A stretch of 43,939 nucleotides of DNA from Promethearchaeota archaeon. GTDB taxonomy: Archaea; Asgardarchaeota; Lokiarchaeia; Sigyniarchaeales; SOKP01. The translations under genes and the position numbers were made by a program. This document shows positions 18,928-28,733 of the stretch, piece after piece (the stretch's first letter is position 1; each line of letters starts with the position of its first letter). The notes under the pieces are model-generated. The model searched no databases. It was not told the DNA's origin and saw nothing but the letters and a program-made list of their open reading frames with translations. Location of the stretch: positions 1 through 43,939 of the forward strand of contig JBHLNS010000029.1 of NCBI GenBank assembly GCA_048941285.1, read 5' to 3'.

Positions 18928-20769
18928 ATGAATGAAAAATCTGAAGATAACGATCTTATAGAACAAGATGAGATTTTAAAAGAGGAAGTTAACCTTCAAT
19001 ATCATTTATATATTTTAATATTCTTTTTAATATTTTATAGTTCCTGGATTATCCCTGGTATTTACTTTTTATGGTATTTCCTTCAATTATTCATACCACG
19101 TTTTTTAGATGTTTCTGATTTTATCCTATTATTCATTGAATTAGATTCCTTAATAGTGTTTCTCTTAATGCCTCTAATACTTATTAGTTGTTATCTACTT
19201 CATTTATTTTTATTAGGAGTCGCTACGGGGATTTTTTGGAAAATTACTGAGAAAATCTCACCATCAAAGGAAGGTGTAATTCCACGAAATATTCGTAGCA
19301 AAGTAGTAAATTACTATCATATCAGAAGTTTTATGATCAAATATGGAAAGAACGCTTTTATGAAGGGTGTTTTTCCATGGTTCAATAATTGGTATTTCAA
19401 TTTTATAGGAGCTAGTAAAATAGGGAAAGGTACAACATTAGAGGAATCAGTGGTTAATGATAAATTCATTGAAATAGGGGAAAATTGTTATCTAGGTGTC
19501 AATTCGGCTTTAGCAACACATGTAGTAGAAGGAATTTTTGGTAATATCTCATATTTTAAGATTAAAGTAGGTAATAACGTTACAGGGGCTACAACGAATC
19601 TTATTGGCGCGGGGACAGAAATAAGCGATGATTCTTTTATGCTTCCTTTAGCTTGTGCGACAAAACACAGTATCGTAGGGAAGCAGGAAACAATTAATTA
19701 TTATTGGGGTATGCCATTGAGAAGAATCTTTAGAAAAAAGTTAATGAAATATTTAGGTGTATCAGCAAAAGACTTAGATAGAAATGAAAATATTAAAGGT
19801 TATGCTGATAAAGAATTACTTAAACAATTAAAAGCTAAAGCTTCCATTGAAGCCACGCTAGGTACCCAAAGCTTAACTGAGAAATTACCTATGGATTCAG
19901 AAAGCAGTGACAATTTAACAGAAAATGATTTAAAAATTGATTTTTGTACGAGTTCAGCAATTAGTAGAGTAAATCTTAAATTTTTAGCTGTTTATATACC
20001 AATATTTTGGCTAGCAGGGTTAATTATTTCAATTTTGTGGTATTGGTTTCTTTCTGGAGGGAACTGGACAATGGTAATAACTTTCCTCCCACTTACAATA
20101 TTTGGTTCAATCTATTTTTTTATTTTTGCTTGTATGCTCTTTAGCAAATTATTCTTAATTCTTATAAATCTAATTCATGAACCTAGAGAGGGGGTTTTTA
20201 AAGCTGAAATTGGTGATAAGGATTATGAATTCTGGATGATGAGAACCGAAATAAAAAAGATTGTCTTGTGGTTCATGCGGTATTCTCCATTTCCATGGTT
20301 AGATGTACTTGCTTTTAAATTGTTTGGAATTAATATGGATACCTCTAGTCATCTTAATGATACTTGGTGTGATGGTGAATTCATTAAATTTGGTAGAAAA
20401 AACTTAATCGGCCAGGGAGCAGTGATTATGTCGAGCATGGTAGTAGGGAAATATTTGATTATTAAAAAAGTGATATTTGATGATTATGTAATGGTTGGGG
20501 GGCATACAACTGTGGTACCTGGAACTATTGCAGGGAAGGAAACAGTCATTGGTGCGATTTCTACCACTACGATTAACCAAGTTCTTGAACCTGGTTGGAT
20601 TTATACAGGAATTCCTGTTATGAAATTCAAACCGAATAAATATGCTGGGTCTCGTAGAGATATCCTAATGAGGAAAGATGTAGATGCAGCGAAAAAATAT
20701 GAAATCGAACATGAAGTTAATATAGATGAAGATAAAAAAAAATTACTCAAACCTAATGAGGAAATATAA
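18928..20769 (+). CDS. Fused A+B membrane LbH acyltransferase-like protein (paralog of 15650)
   Basis: SPSKEGVIPRN, EGIFGNISYFKIKVG, IDFCTSSAISRVN, HEVNIDEDKKK. Confidence 0.85.
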   Translation: MNEKSEDNDLIEQDEILKEEVNLQYHLYILIFFLIFYSSWIIPGIYFLWYFLQLFIPRFLDVSDFILLFIELDSLIVFLLMPLILISCYLLHLFLLGVATGIFWKITEKISPSKEGVIPRNIRSKVVNYYHIRSFMIKYGKNAFMKGVFPWFNNWYFNFIGASKIGKGTTLEESVVNDKFIEIGENCYLGVNSALATHVVEGIFGNISYFKIKVGNNVTGATTNLIGAGTEISDDSFMLPLACATKHSIVGKQETINYYWGMPLRRIFRKKLMKYLGVSAKDLDRNENIKGYADKELLKQLKAKASIEATLGTQSLTEKLPMDSESSDNLTENDLKIDFCTSSAISRVNLKFLAVYIPIFWLAGLIISILWYWFLSGGNWTMVITFLPLTIFGSIYFFIFACMLFSKLFLILINLIHEPREGVFKAEIGDKDYEFWMMRTEIKKIVLWFMRYSPFPWLDVLAFKLFGINMDTSSHLNDTWCDGEFIKFGRKNLIGQGAVIMSSMVVGKYLIIKKVIFDDYVMVGGHTTVVPGTIAGKETVIGAISTTTINQVLEPGWIYTGIPVMKFKPNKYAGSRRDILMRKDVDAAKKYEIEHEVNIDEDKKKLLKPNEEI

Positions 20770-20783
20770 TAGGAAAAAAAGAT

Positions 20784-20833
20784 ATATAGAATAGAGGAAT
20801 AATTGTTTAGAATTATGCCTCAAAATTCTATAT
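20784..20833. terminator. Conserved long hairpin, copy A (downstream of the 20883 gene, followed by a U-tract on the minus strand)
   Basis: ATATAGAAT-A-GAGG...CCTC-AAA-ATTCTATAT with inner ATAATT/AATTAT. Confidence 0.55.
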
Positions 20834-20882
20834 TTTATTTAAAATTCAACCCTTTCTGATTTCTCTCCCAATTTAACTTTTT

Positions 20883-21776
20883 TTAGTAATATTGAGTGTT
20901 GTACAGTTTTACATAGTTAACATTGAATCCAGAATGTCCAAATGGCCAATTAATCATTTCTCCTGGTTCAAATTTAGCATGAAAGCAAAAGAATATATCT
21001 GTAGTTCCCACTTCAATTGGAAATGGAGGATCGGGCCAAGGTTCACCTGGTTCTGGATAGAACCATCCAGGTTCATACACTACTCCACTTCCGAAAGCAA
21101 TCAATTTCAATGATTCAACTTGAATTCCTAATTCCTCAGGGAAATACAAAAATGCCATTGCAGATGGAAGTTCGCATCCTTGTTCCCTTGTTCCTCCCGG
21201 ATAATCAAAATCCATTGGCCAAAGTGCTGGATGAAATATGGTACCGGTAAATCCGTCATATTCAGCTGTAAGTGTAAACTTGAGTTCAAAATAATAATCT
21301 ACATATCCAGAAGCAATGAACTGCCCATTATCTCCGAAATAATCCATTGTCCAAATAGGATCCCCATTTTCGTCATACTTTGCATCCATGATTTCCATAT
21401 ACAAATCTTTAACCATTAATTTGATGGTGAATTCTAAAGATCCATCCTTAAGTAGTTTCTCCTTAATGTAGCCATCAAATTCATAGACATATTCAGTGAG
21501 TGGTTCAAATGTCTCCCAATTAAACAACCAGAAATGGCTCATTAAAGAATCTATCCACATCCAATAGTTATTACCTATGCAATCTCCACCTGTATATCCT
21601 ACCAACCATTCTGGCCCAATTGCAAATGGATTCACATCAGTCCAATCAGTGATTGGTCTAAATGTTACTCTTCTGCCACCTCTACTTAAACCTGCGGAAA
21701 TAAAGCCAAAAAGGCAAATTCCTACAAATGCTAAAACAATCAATTGGGTTCTTATTAATTTTTTCATTGGTTTCAC
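20883..21776 (-). CDS. Secreted/exported hypothetical protein
   Basis: Basic N-terminus plus hydrophobic signal; Trp/Pro/Gly-rich mature part; no family recognised. Confidence 0.75.
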   Translation of the reverse strand: MKPMKKLIRTQLIVLAFVGICLFGFISAGLSRGGRRVTFRPITDWTDVNPFAIGPEWLVGYTGGDCIGNNYWMWIDSLMSHFWLFNWETFEPLTEYVYEFDGYIKEKLLKDGSLEFTIKLMVKDLYMEIMDAKYDENGDPIWTMDYFGDNGQFIASGYVDYYFELKFTLTAEYDGFTGTIFHPALWPMDFDYPGGTREQGCELPSAMAFLYFPEELGIQVESLKLIAFGSGVVYEPGWFYPEPGEPWPDPPFPIEVGTTDIFFCFHAKFEPGEMINWPFGHSGFNVNYVKLYNTQYY

Positions 21777-21856
21777 TTTTTTTTCTAAATTTTAAAGATC
21801 ATCTGAATGATGATCAATATTTAATGACGTTTTGGTACCATATATAGTTTTTATTG

Positions 21857-21879
21857 TCGGACTACCACGATAATTCCGA
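21857..21879. promoter_or_regulatory. TCG-N17-CGA motif, copy 1 (divergent region before the wHTH-TPR regulator)
   Basis: TCGGACTACCACGATAATTCCGA followed by GCT; same spacing as three other copies. Confidence 0.55.
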
Positions 21880-21965
21880 GCTATCATGGGAGTGTTTGAA
21901 AATAAATATAAATAGTACTAATACTTAATATAATATAATATCAATTTAGCTGAGTTTGGGAAAAA

Positions 21966-23843
21966 TTGCCAACAATTAATTATCCTTCTGAAGAGATTAT
22001 AAAACATCCAATTGGAGAAAAGAAAGATTATGATCATATTATCCTTTGGATGTTATACAATAACGAAGAATGTGAGTGGTCAGATTTTATACAGAAACCA
22101 CTTGAAATACCATCATCTTCTTTATCGCGTCATCTTATTGAATTAAGAAATGAAGGATATATTACTAAAATATCCAAGGGGCATTATCAAATCACGTCAG
22201 AAGGAAGAAAACGATTCCATGATCTGTCTAAAGCGGATTTAATGACTCGTAAATTGAGTTATCCTCCGGCTATAATTTTAAAGAGTGGAAGAAATTATAG
22301 AGATTGGATCCTGTGGATGGTCTATAATAATGCATATTGTAAATGGTCTGACTTTCTCGAAGAACCTCTTTCTATTAATCAATCATCGCTATCCAAAGAA
22401 ATAAATTTAATGTTAAAAAATGGATTTATTACAAAAGATCAAGAAACTAAGCAATACAATATAACTCATTTAGGAAAAAGAGAATATTCAAGAATGCTCC
22501 AAAACTATGATTTGGATCGTCAAACTATTTTAAACGAAGAAAGCAAACGTATAGAAAGTATAGCTAATAAAACTATAAAATTCTTCAAGAAATTTAAAAT
22601 AACAGACACACGTACTCAATTTAGATTTCTTAACAATATCATAAAATTAGATTACGAAAGGGTTAAACCAATGCTTAAAAACGAGGAAAATTTTCATAAA
22701 ATTCTATATTTTCTTTCATTAAATCATCCAAATCAATATCCAGACTTTATTACTCCTGAACAGTTTTCTAATAAATATGGGATTAAAGAGAATATGTTAA
22801 CCTATTATGTTGATGAAATTGTGCTAAATAACATATATCCAATAAAATTTTTCAAATTAGAAACAGAATTAGATAAACATTACTATTTTCAGGAGAATGG
22901 AAAATTAGAGACCATTATAAGAGCAATCACAGAGGATTATATAACCGAATACACCTATTTAAACAAATTATTTTCTAGAAAACTGGATCTTAATCTCATT
23001 ATCGATTCAATCTCAGAGGAAGTATGTACTTTTTTACTTGATAAAGATCTGATTGATACGCTAAAGAGTTTTTTACCAGATTACATCAATCACTTAGCTT
23101 ATAAAACCGAGACAAAGAGAGAATTTAGAGAATCATACGATAAATTAGAAGGATTAATATGGCAAAATATCTCAAATATTGTTGAAACACAGAGATTAAT
23201 ACATAAAGAAGATCATTATAAACAATTATTTGATGAAATTAATAGCAAAATAGAATCAAATCCAGAAAAAATCGAACTACATTATTCAAAAGTTCAACTA
23301 ATGATCTCTAATGCTGAATTTGATAACGCATTTAATTATTTAGATGAAATGATAACAATTTTTCCAAAACAAGAAAAGGATATTAGAATAAAAAAAGCTT
23401 CCCTCCTAAAGAAAAACAATGAATTCGAAGCGGGGTTTGAAATAATAAGTGATTTACTAATCAAAAATCCAAATGACATTGATCTCCTTGTCTACAAAGC
23501 ATATTGGTTGCAATATTTAAACAGAAAAGAAGAATCTTATGAAACAGTTCTTGACATTATAAATAGAAATCCAAATAAAGCTATCTATCATGATACTTAT
23601 GGAGAAATCTTGATGTACTTTGAGGAATACCAAAATGCAGTTAACGAGTTCCAAAAAGCGCTAGAGCTTGGAATTGAGGACTGGTATGTTCACCAAACTT
23701 ATATAAAATTAGGAATTTGTTATAAGGAGATTGGAAATAAGCAACAAGCAATTGAATTCCTTAGAATGGGAAAGAAGGATAATGATAATCAAAAATGGAT
23801 TACTATCGCAGATCTTTTTCTCGAAGAGATGAAAAGTATATAA
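21966..23843 (+). CDS. Transcription regulator with tandem winged-HTH (MarR-like) domains and C-terminal TPR repeats
   Basis: Two repeats YDHIILWMLYNN..C.W.DF...PL.I..SSLS..L...G.I.K..Y.IT..G; TPR helices (YHDTYGEIL..A...FQKALELG, KLGICY). Confidence 0.82.
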   Translation: MPTINYPSEEIIKHPIGEKKDYDHIILWMLYNNEECEWSDFIQKPLEIPSSSLSRHLIELRNEGYITKISKGHYQITSEGRKRFHDLSKADLMTRKLSYPPAIILKSGRNYRDWILWMVYNNAYCKWSDFLEEPLSINQSSLSKEINLMLKNGFITKDQETKQYNITHLGKREYSRMLQNYDLDRQTILNEESKRIESIANKTIKFFKKFKITDTRTQFRFLNNIIKLDYERVKPMLKNEENFHKILYFLSLNHPNQYPDFITPEQFSNKYGIKENMLTYYVDEIVLNNIYPIKFFKLETELDKHYYFQENGKLETIIRAITEDYITEYTYLNKLFSRKLDLNLIIDSISEEVCTFLLDKDLIDTLKSFLPDYINHLAYKTETKREFRESYDKLEGLIWQNISNIVETQRLIHKEDHYKQLFDEINSKIESNPEKIELHYSKVQLMISNAEFDNAFNYLDEMITIFPKQEKDIRIKKASLLKKNNEFEAGFEIISDLLIKNPNDIDLLVYKAYWLQYLNRKEESYETVLDIINRNPNKAIYHDTYGEILMYFEEYQNAVNEFQKALELGIEDWYVHQTYIKLGICYKEIGNKQQAIEFLRMGKKDNDNQKWITIADLFLEEMKSI

Positions 23844-23867
23844 GTACATCTGAAAAATATATCTTAT

Positions 23868-24026
23868 TTATTTTTCCTCTAATTTTGAATCACTAGTGTT
23901 ATTAATAATTTTATAGTAAGCAATATTATCGACAGGGGGTTTTCTCTCCTCTATTTCTTGGTCTTTAATCTCAAGAATTCTAGGATGTAAATCTTGAAGT
24001 TGTGAATCATCATTTTGTTTTTTCAA
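23868..24026 (-). CDS. Possible small hypothetical protein (52 aa, TTG start)
   Basis: Open frame LKKQNDDSQLQDLHPRILEIKDQEIEERKPPVDNIAYYKIINNTSDSKLEEK fills the intergenic gap; below ORF-track cutoff. Confidence 0.35.
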   Translation of the reverse strand: MKKQNDDSQLQDLHPRILEIKDQEIEERKPPVDNIAYYKIINNTSDSKLEEK

Positions 24027-24151
24027 ATTAGAATCACAATTTTTTAGAGGTATAATTATGATTTCTTTTTCGAAGATATTTACAGTTATTTTAAATAATC
24101 ACTTACTTTATTAATAAATTAATTATTCATAGATTTAAATTCAGATATCCA

Positions 24152-25027
24152 ATGATTTCTAAAGTACTAATAATCATGTCAGGAGGGATTCTCTGCTATT
24201 CAAAGACATTTTTTGGACATATTGAAATTGAAGATGATTTTATAAGTGGATTTTTTACAGCTATCCATAATATCTCTGAGCAAATAGGTGGAGGAGAAAT
24301 AAAATCTTTGAATTTTAGAAACTTTAATATTATTTATTCCTACGATGATGATAAATTTTGTATTTTTATTTTACTTACGGATATCGATGATCCTGAGGAG
24401 GAAGTAAGAGAAAAATTACAATTAATGAAAAATGAATTCATAAAACGATATCGAAAAGATTTGATAAATTGGAATTCTGATATTGCCAAATTTGAGAAAT
24501 TTGATGAATTTGTAGAAGAAAATATATACATCCCTCCAAAAATATTGTTGGTTGGTGAAGTTGGAGTAGGGAAGACTTCAATATTGTATTTATTTCCAGG
24601 AGAGCTAATAATTGAATTGGATGATGATATGAATGAAATAATCCAAAAAACTATTGATATCTCTAAAATTACAAGATATAAAAAATGTTTATTGCGTGAA
24701 ATTGATTTAGAGGAACTTGTAAACAATTCAAAATTATATCAGCAACTATTAGATTCAGTAGATATAATTTGTTTAATTACTAGCTCAGGAGCAACAAATT
24801 TAGCAAACACTAAACAGTGGTTTTCATTATTAAAGCCAAAAGTGAAAAAGGGACAATTCTTTGTCATTGCGAATTTTCAAGATATGAAAAATATATCTTT
24901 TAAACCAAAGAAGATTGAAGAATTTTTTGGAGTGAAGACATTTGGGTTTTCAGCCATAGTTCCAGAAGCAAAAGAAAATATTTATTTAATTATGGATGAA
25001 ATGTTAAATAATATATTTCAAGAATAA
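24152..25027 (+). CDS. Longin/roadblock-like domain fused to an atypical small GTPase domain
   Basis: N-terminal ISGFFTAIHNISEQIGGGEIKSLNF; G1 GEVGVGKTS; G4-like ANFQD; G5-like FSAI; no DxxG. Confidence 0.8.
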   Translation: MISKVLIIMSGGILCYSKTFFGHIEIEDDFISGFFTAIHNISEQIGGGEIKSLNFRNFNIIYSYDDDKFCIFILLTDIDDPEEEVREKLQLMKNEFIKRYRKDLINWNSDIAKFEKFDEFVEENIYIPPKILLVGEVGVGKTSILYLFPGELIIELDDDMNEIIQKTIDISKITRYKKCLLREIDLEELVNNSKLYQQLLDSVDIICLITSSGATNLANTKQWFSLLKPKVKKGQFFVIANFQDMKNISFKPKKIEEFFGVKTFGFSAIVPEAKENIYLIMDEMLNNIFQE

Positions 25028-25043
25028 AATTTCAATACGTAAG

Positions 25044-25538
25044 ATGAAATTACAAGAAGATTTTGTGTTTCCAATTTATATTTATAAAGAAATACTTGAA
25101 GACATTAAATCATTATGCAGAAATTCAGAAGAAGAGATTTTCGGATATTTGATTGGTAATATTTTAAAATGGAATGAAAGAATATATACTGTGATCGAGG
25201 AATCATTATTTCTAATCGGAGCAGTATATAGTGATAAAACTTATACCTCTCAAATAGAGGGTACTGCGGGATTATATCAGAAAAAGTTTCAAAGAATTAA
25301 AAAAAAAAGAAACAATGATAATTTAAGAATTATTGGTTGGTGGCATTCTCATCCGAATTTAGGGTGTTTTTTATCTTCTACTGATTTATTAACTCAAAAA
25401 TATTTTTTTCCTGATGAATATCAAGTTGCTCTTGTTATTGACCCGGTTCGAAATGAATTTGAATTTTTTTGTATTGATAATAACACAAAAAAAGGCTACA
25501 AGCCATTAAGTTATGCTGTATTAAAAAACATTCATTAA
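25044..25538 (+). CDS. JAB/MPN+ (JAMM) metalloprotease, Rpn11-like deubiquitinase
   Basis: EIFGYLIG and GWWHSHPNLGCFLSSTD (E..HxHx7Sx2D), ALVIDP. Confidence 0.93.
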   Translation: MKLQEDFVFPIYIYKEILEDIKSLCRNSEEEIFGYLIGNILKWNERIYTVIEESLFLIGAVYSDKTYTSQIEGTAGLYQKKFQRIKKKRNNDNLRIIGWWHSHPNLGCFLSSTDLLTQKYFFPDEYQVALVIDPVRNEFEFFCIDNNTKKGYKPLSYAVLKNIH

Positions 25539-25546
25539 AAATAAAT

Positions 25547-26425
25547 ATGTCAAAAGAAAAAGACAACACTAAAGATTTCACTGTATATGGAATAGATTCT
25601 ATAGATTCAGATATATTTGATCGCCAAAAACGCATAAAAGGATGGAATCAAAGCAAAATTGCTGATTCAACAATAATGGTAATAGGAGCTGGAGCTATTG
25701 GTAATGAAGTTGTAAAAAATCTTGTATTAGTCGGGGTAGGCACAATTATTCTAATTGATTATGATTTTATTAATCCTTCAAACTTGAATCGCTGCCTTCT
25801 TTTCAATCTAGAAAATGCTGAAAAGAAAGAATACAAAGTGGATGCTGTAAAAAGTGCATGTCAAAAATTAAATCCAAAAGTAGAGATAAGAACTATTAAA
25901 GAAGATTTAAATGACATTGATAAAACACTTTATGAGAATTCTGATGTTATTTGTTCATGTGTAGATAATATTGAAGCGAGATTAGAAGCAAATAATTATG
26001 CATATTATTATGAAAAACCATTTGTAGATGCAGCAATTGATGAGTTCTTTGGTACAGTTCAATCAGTTTACTCGGAGGTGGAAGAAGCCCCGTGTCTTCA
26101 GTGTAATATTTCTGATATGGATTTAGAATTGATGTGGAAGAAATTCTCCTGTACCGGACAAGAAATTGACAATGAAAATGGTGAAACAATGGGAGTAATC
26201 CCTGCTATTATAACTACAACATCCATCATTGGGGGGTTACAAACACAACAAGTCTTGAAATTCATATTAGGACTTGAGTATTTCAAAGAAAAAAAGAATT
26301 GGGATCCAATTATTGGTCAACTCCTGATAGGAAAACAATTAAATTATAATGGACTTTTAAATAAATTTGAAGTTATAGAGAAATTAAAAAATCCAGAATG
26401 TTGGACATGTTCATTTAAAAAATAA
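25547..26425 (+). CDS. Ubiquitin-activating E1-like enzyme (ThiF/MoeB/E1 family)
   Basis: FDRQ, GAGAIG, DYDFINPSNLNR, CVDNIEAR, PCLQC, candidate catalytic FSCT, C-terminal CWTC. Confidence 0.93.
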   Translation: MSKEKDNTKDFTVYGIDSIDSDIFDRQKRIKGWNQSKIADSTIMVIGAGAIGNEVVKNLVLVGVGTIILIDYDFINPSNLNRCLLFNLENAEKKEYKVDAVKSACQKLNPKVEIRTIKEDLNDIDKTLYENSDVICSCVDNIEARLEANNYAYYYEKPFVDAAIDEFFGTVQSVYSEVEEAPCLQCNISDMDLELMWKKFSCTGQEIDNENGETMGVIPAIITTTSIIGGLQTQQVLKFILGLEYFKEKKNWDPIIGQLLIGKQLNYNGLLNKFEVIEKLKNPECWTCSFKK

Positions 26426-26454
26426 AAATAAGAAGAAAAAAGAGGTGAAAGAAT

Positions 26455-27021
26455 CTGCCGGAACTTCCTTATGAAATATGGAAAGATAGAATTGATAATG
26501 AACTAAATAATATAAAAAAGCTAGATGTTCTTGAAGAAAGTTCCATTAAAATGGATAATAATGGAGTAGATTTAATTTTAAATTTAACAGCTTTAGGTTT
26601 TGTTAAACAAGATAGTGATTTGACTCCAAAAAAATCTCATCGTGTATATCTAAAAATAAATCGTTCTTTTCCTTACCCTGGTGGAATAGATTTCTCATGG
26701 TTGTCGAGTATTTTTCATCCAAATATTCACCCAGTTGAATTATCCTTTTCAAGTGTAAAAGGAACTGGATATATTTGCCTGAACATTTTAAAGAAATGGT
26801 CACGTTTATCAGATTTGGTTACAACGATAAAAGCATTGAATATATTAATAGAGAATCCTAATCCTGAAGATCCTCTAGATTATCCTGAATGTATAGAAGC
26901 TGCAAACTACTTTAAAAAGCAAAGTATCGAGGAACTTAAGAAAAAGTATTCTATTGAAGAAGAAGATAAGGATGTAGAAAAAAGAGAAGATGATGACATT
27001 ATTATTATAGAGGATAAATAA
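26455..27021 (+). CDS. Ubiquitin-conjugating E2 (UBC) enzyme, probable CTG start
   Basis: FPYP, IFHPNI, GYICLNIL..WS, ENPNPEDPL. Frame stays open upstream of ATG 26551 to a TGA at 26446 and encodes the helix-1-like KDRIDNEL; CTG 26455 lies 6 nt after SD GAGGTGA. Confidence 0.9.
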   Translation: MPELPYEIWKDRIDNELNNIKKLDVLEESSIKMDNNGVDLILNLTALGFVKQDSDLTPKKSHRVYLKINRSFPYPGGIDFSWLSSIFHPNIHPVELSFSSVKGTGYICLNILKKWSRLSDLVTTIKALNILIENPNPEDPLDYPECIEAANYFKKQSIEELKKKYSIEEEDKDVEKREDDDIIIIEDK

Positions 27022-27026
27022 AAAGG

Positions 27027-27290
27027 CTAATCTTTTAAACCACCTATAACTCTCGTCCATAAAATCAATTTCTGGTCCTCTTTAAGACCATATTTATGGA
27101 TAACATCTGCTATTGTAATCTTATTTGGTAGTTCTTTATTATTGAGAACTAAAGTATAAGAACGTTGCTCCGTACTGATAATACCCATATGTTTCACAAT
27201 TATATCAATTATTCTTTCAATATAATGATGATTTTTAACATCTAATTTAATAATTCTTCCAGTTCTTGAGTCCTCAACGGAAATTCTCAT
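27027..27290 (-). CDS. Ubiquitin-like protein, pro-form (GG followed by LKD)
   Basis: Beta-grasp pattern MRISVED..G.II.LDV....I..I....L..N.EL....TI....GLKE...L.L; ends RVIGG-LKD. Confidence 0.85.
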   Translation of the reverse strand: MRISVEDSRTGRIIKLDVKNHHYIERIIDIIVKHMGIISTEQRSYTLVLNNKELPNKITIADVIHKYGLKEDQKLILWTRVIGGLKD

Positions 27291-27390
27291 ATTCTCTTTT
27301 ACCTAAGATTTCTTTTTTATGTGTTAATTATTGTTTAAAAGCATTTAAAAGTTAATATTTTTGTCAATAGAAATAATTTCTGGAATAAAT

Positions 27391-27624
27391 TCAACTAGAA
27401 TCAGTAGATCTACTCTCTTTTCTAGATATCAGATACCTAATAAATCCAATAAAAAAGGGAGTTATCCAAACAATTATAACCCAAACAGCTGCGTTAACTT
27501 TTCTTTTTTTAGCATCTCTATACACCCAAATTACTATAAAAATTAATATTGCATAAGGAATTATTAAAAAAATTAAAAGTAAAAATGGAATTAAGATTCC
27601 TATATCAATTTGTAGCATATACAT
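27391..27624 (-). CDS. Small membrane protein, PLDc_N-like (WVYxDAxxR)
   Basis: Two TM segments around IWVYRDAKKRKVNAAVW; ATG 27624 directly follows the upstream stop at 27626. Confidence 0.75.
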   Translation of the reverse strand: MYMLQIDIGILIPFLLLIFLIIPYAILIFIVIWVYRDAKKRKVNAAVWVIIVWITPFFIGFIRYLISRKESRSTDSS

Positions 27625-27625
27625 A

Positions 27626-28648
27626 TTATACGACTTGAATATCACTTTTATCTTCTTGTTTTTCTTTTAATTTCTTTTCATCAAAAGGGGTTTCGCAGAC
27701 CCAACAACTATTTTCTAAATTACTTAACGCATTCGAGCATCTCACACAATAAAGAACTTCGCATTCAGGACAAAGATAATTTAATCGTGAAACCTTACTT
27801 TTACACACAATACATCTTTTCTTTTCTATGGAAAAGGTAATATCTTCTTGCGCAATATTTATTGGTTTAGTAAATACAGTCATAAAATCCTGAAGCTCTC
27901 CACTTTCTGCATCTAAAGAAGGTCCAGAAGATCTAATCCTCTTAACCATTTGATATATAATATATATAATGACAAAGATAAGTACCACTACTGAAATTAA
28001 GATTATTATTAGACTTAAGATATTAAGAGGTAAATTCGTAAAAGTTGTTAAACTTAAAAAAGTAATAATGAGGGCAACTAAAGATATAATTATCCAGTTC
28101 GTAAATTTACTATAAAAAAACTCTATATTAATTAATAATGGCGAAGTTGCTATCAGAATACCAATAAAAACAAGAGAAGATGAAATTCCTGGTAAAAAAA
28201 CATTCAATGCTTTTAATACTGTTGCCTCAAAAGTCCATCCTATTAAAATCACGATAAGTCCTATTGCCATTATAGAAGAAATTGCTTTAAATTCAGCTTT
28301 TAATTTGATAGAAAACCAAACAAATATCAAACATAGAACTACTATATTGATAAATATATAAAAATAGGCAAACTCGTAGAAGTAATAAATAATAATATAA
28401 AATAAATTGTTTGTCAAAAATATACTTTCTATATCACCAGTATATGTCCCTTCTAACAGATAATCACTAAAGAATAAGAAAAATCTCACAATTCCAAGGC
28501 TAAACCATAAGCTTGCAAGACCATACAATAATAATTTTTCATGATCGATCTCTTTATTTTTTCCTTTACTCACGAAAAAGATCCCGCAGATAATTAATGT
28601 AAAAGCTGTTAAACTTGAGAGAAATCGTTCCAGAGGATTAAAAACAAT
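27626..28648 (-). CDS. Multi-pass membrane protein with C-terminal C4C4 RING-like zinc finger (candidate E3), probable ATT start
   Basis: About 7 TM, then C-x2-C-x10-C-x2-C-x4-C-x2-C-x10-C-x2-C. The frame upstream of GTG 28573 reads ATT-VFNPLERFLSSL, matching MVFDPIERFFSSM of paralog 38990. Confidence 0.82.
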   Translation of the reverse strand: MVFNPLERFLSSLTAFTLIICGIFFVSKGKNKEIDHEKLLLYGLASLWFSLGIVRFFLFFSDYLLEGTYTGDIESIFLTNNLFYIIIYYFYEFAYFYIFINIVVLCLIFVWFSIKLKAEFKAISSIMAIGLIVILIGWTFEATVLKALNVFLPGISSSLVFIGILIATSPLLINIEFFYSKFTNWIIISLVALIITFLSLTTFTNLPLNILSLIIILISVVVLIFVIIYIIYQMVKRIRSSGPSLDAESGELQDFMTVFTKPINIAQEDITFSIEKKRCIVCKSKVSRLNYLCPECEVLYCVRCSNALSNLENSCWVCETPFDEKKLKEKQEDKSDIQVV

Positions 28649-28733
28649 AAATAAAACGATCCAACTTCACCCTGTAAAATTAATTGATATTAGCGTGTAA
28701 ATTATTTTATCTTACTTTTATATTTAAATTATC

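Noticed and set aside
21797-21815. Perfect inverted repeat GATCATC-N5-GATGATC containing CTGA and ATGATGA (box D/C-like)
   Set aside because: Single copy, boxes in the wrong order for a K-loop or C/D sRNA; could be an operator or 5' UTR hairpin but is unsupported.
25547-27290. E1 + Ubl as a ThiF/ThiS or MoeB/MoaD sulfur-transfer pair
   Set aside because: Adjacent E2, RING-like and Rpn11-like genes and the absence of thiamine or molybdopterin genes favour protein conjugation.
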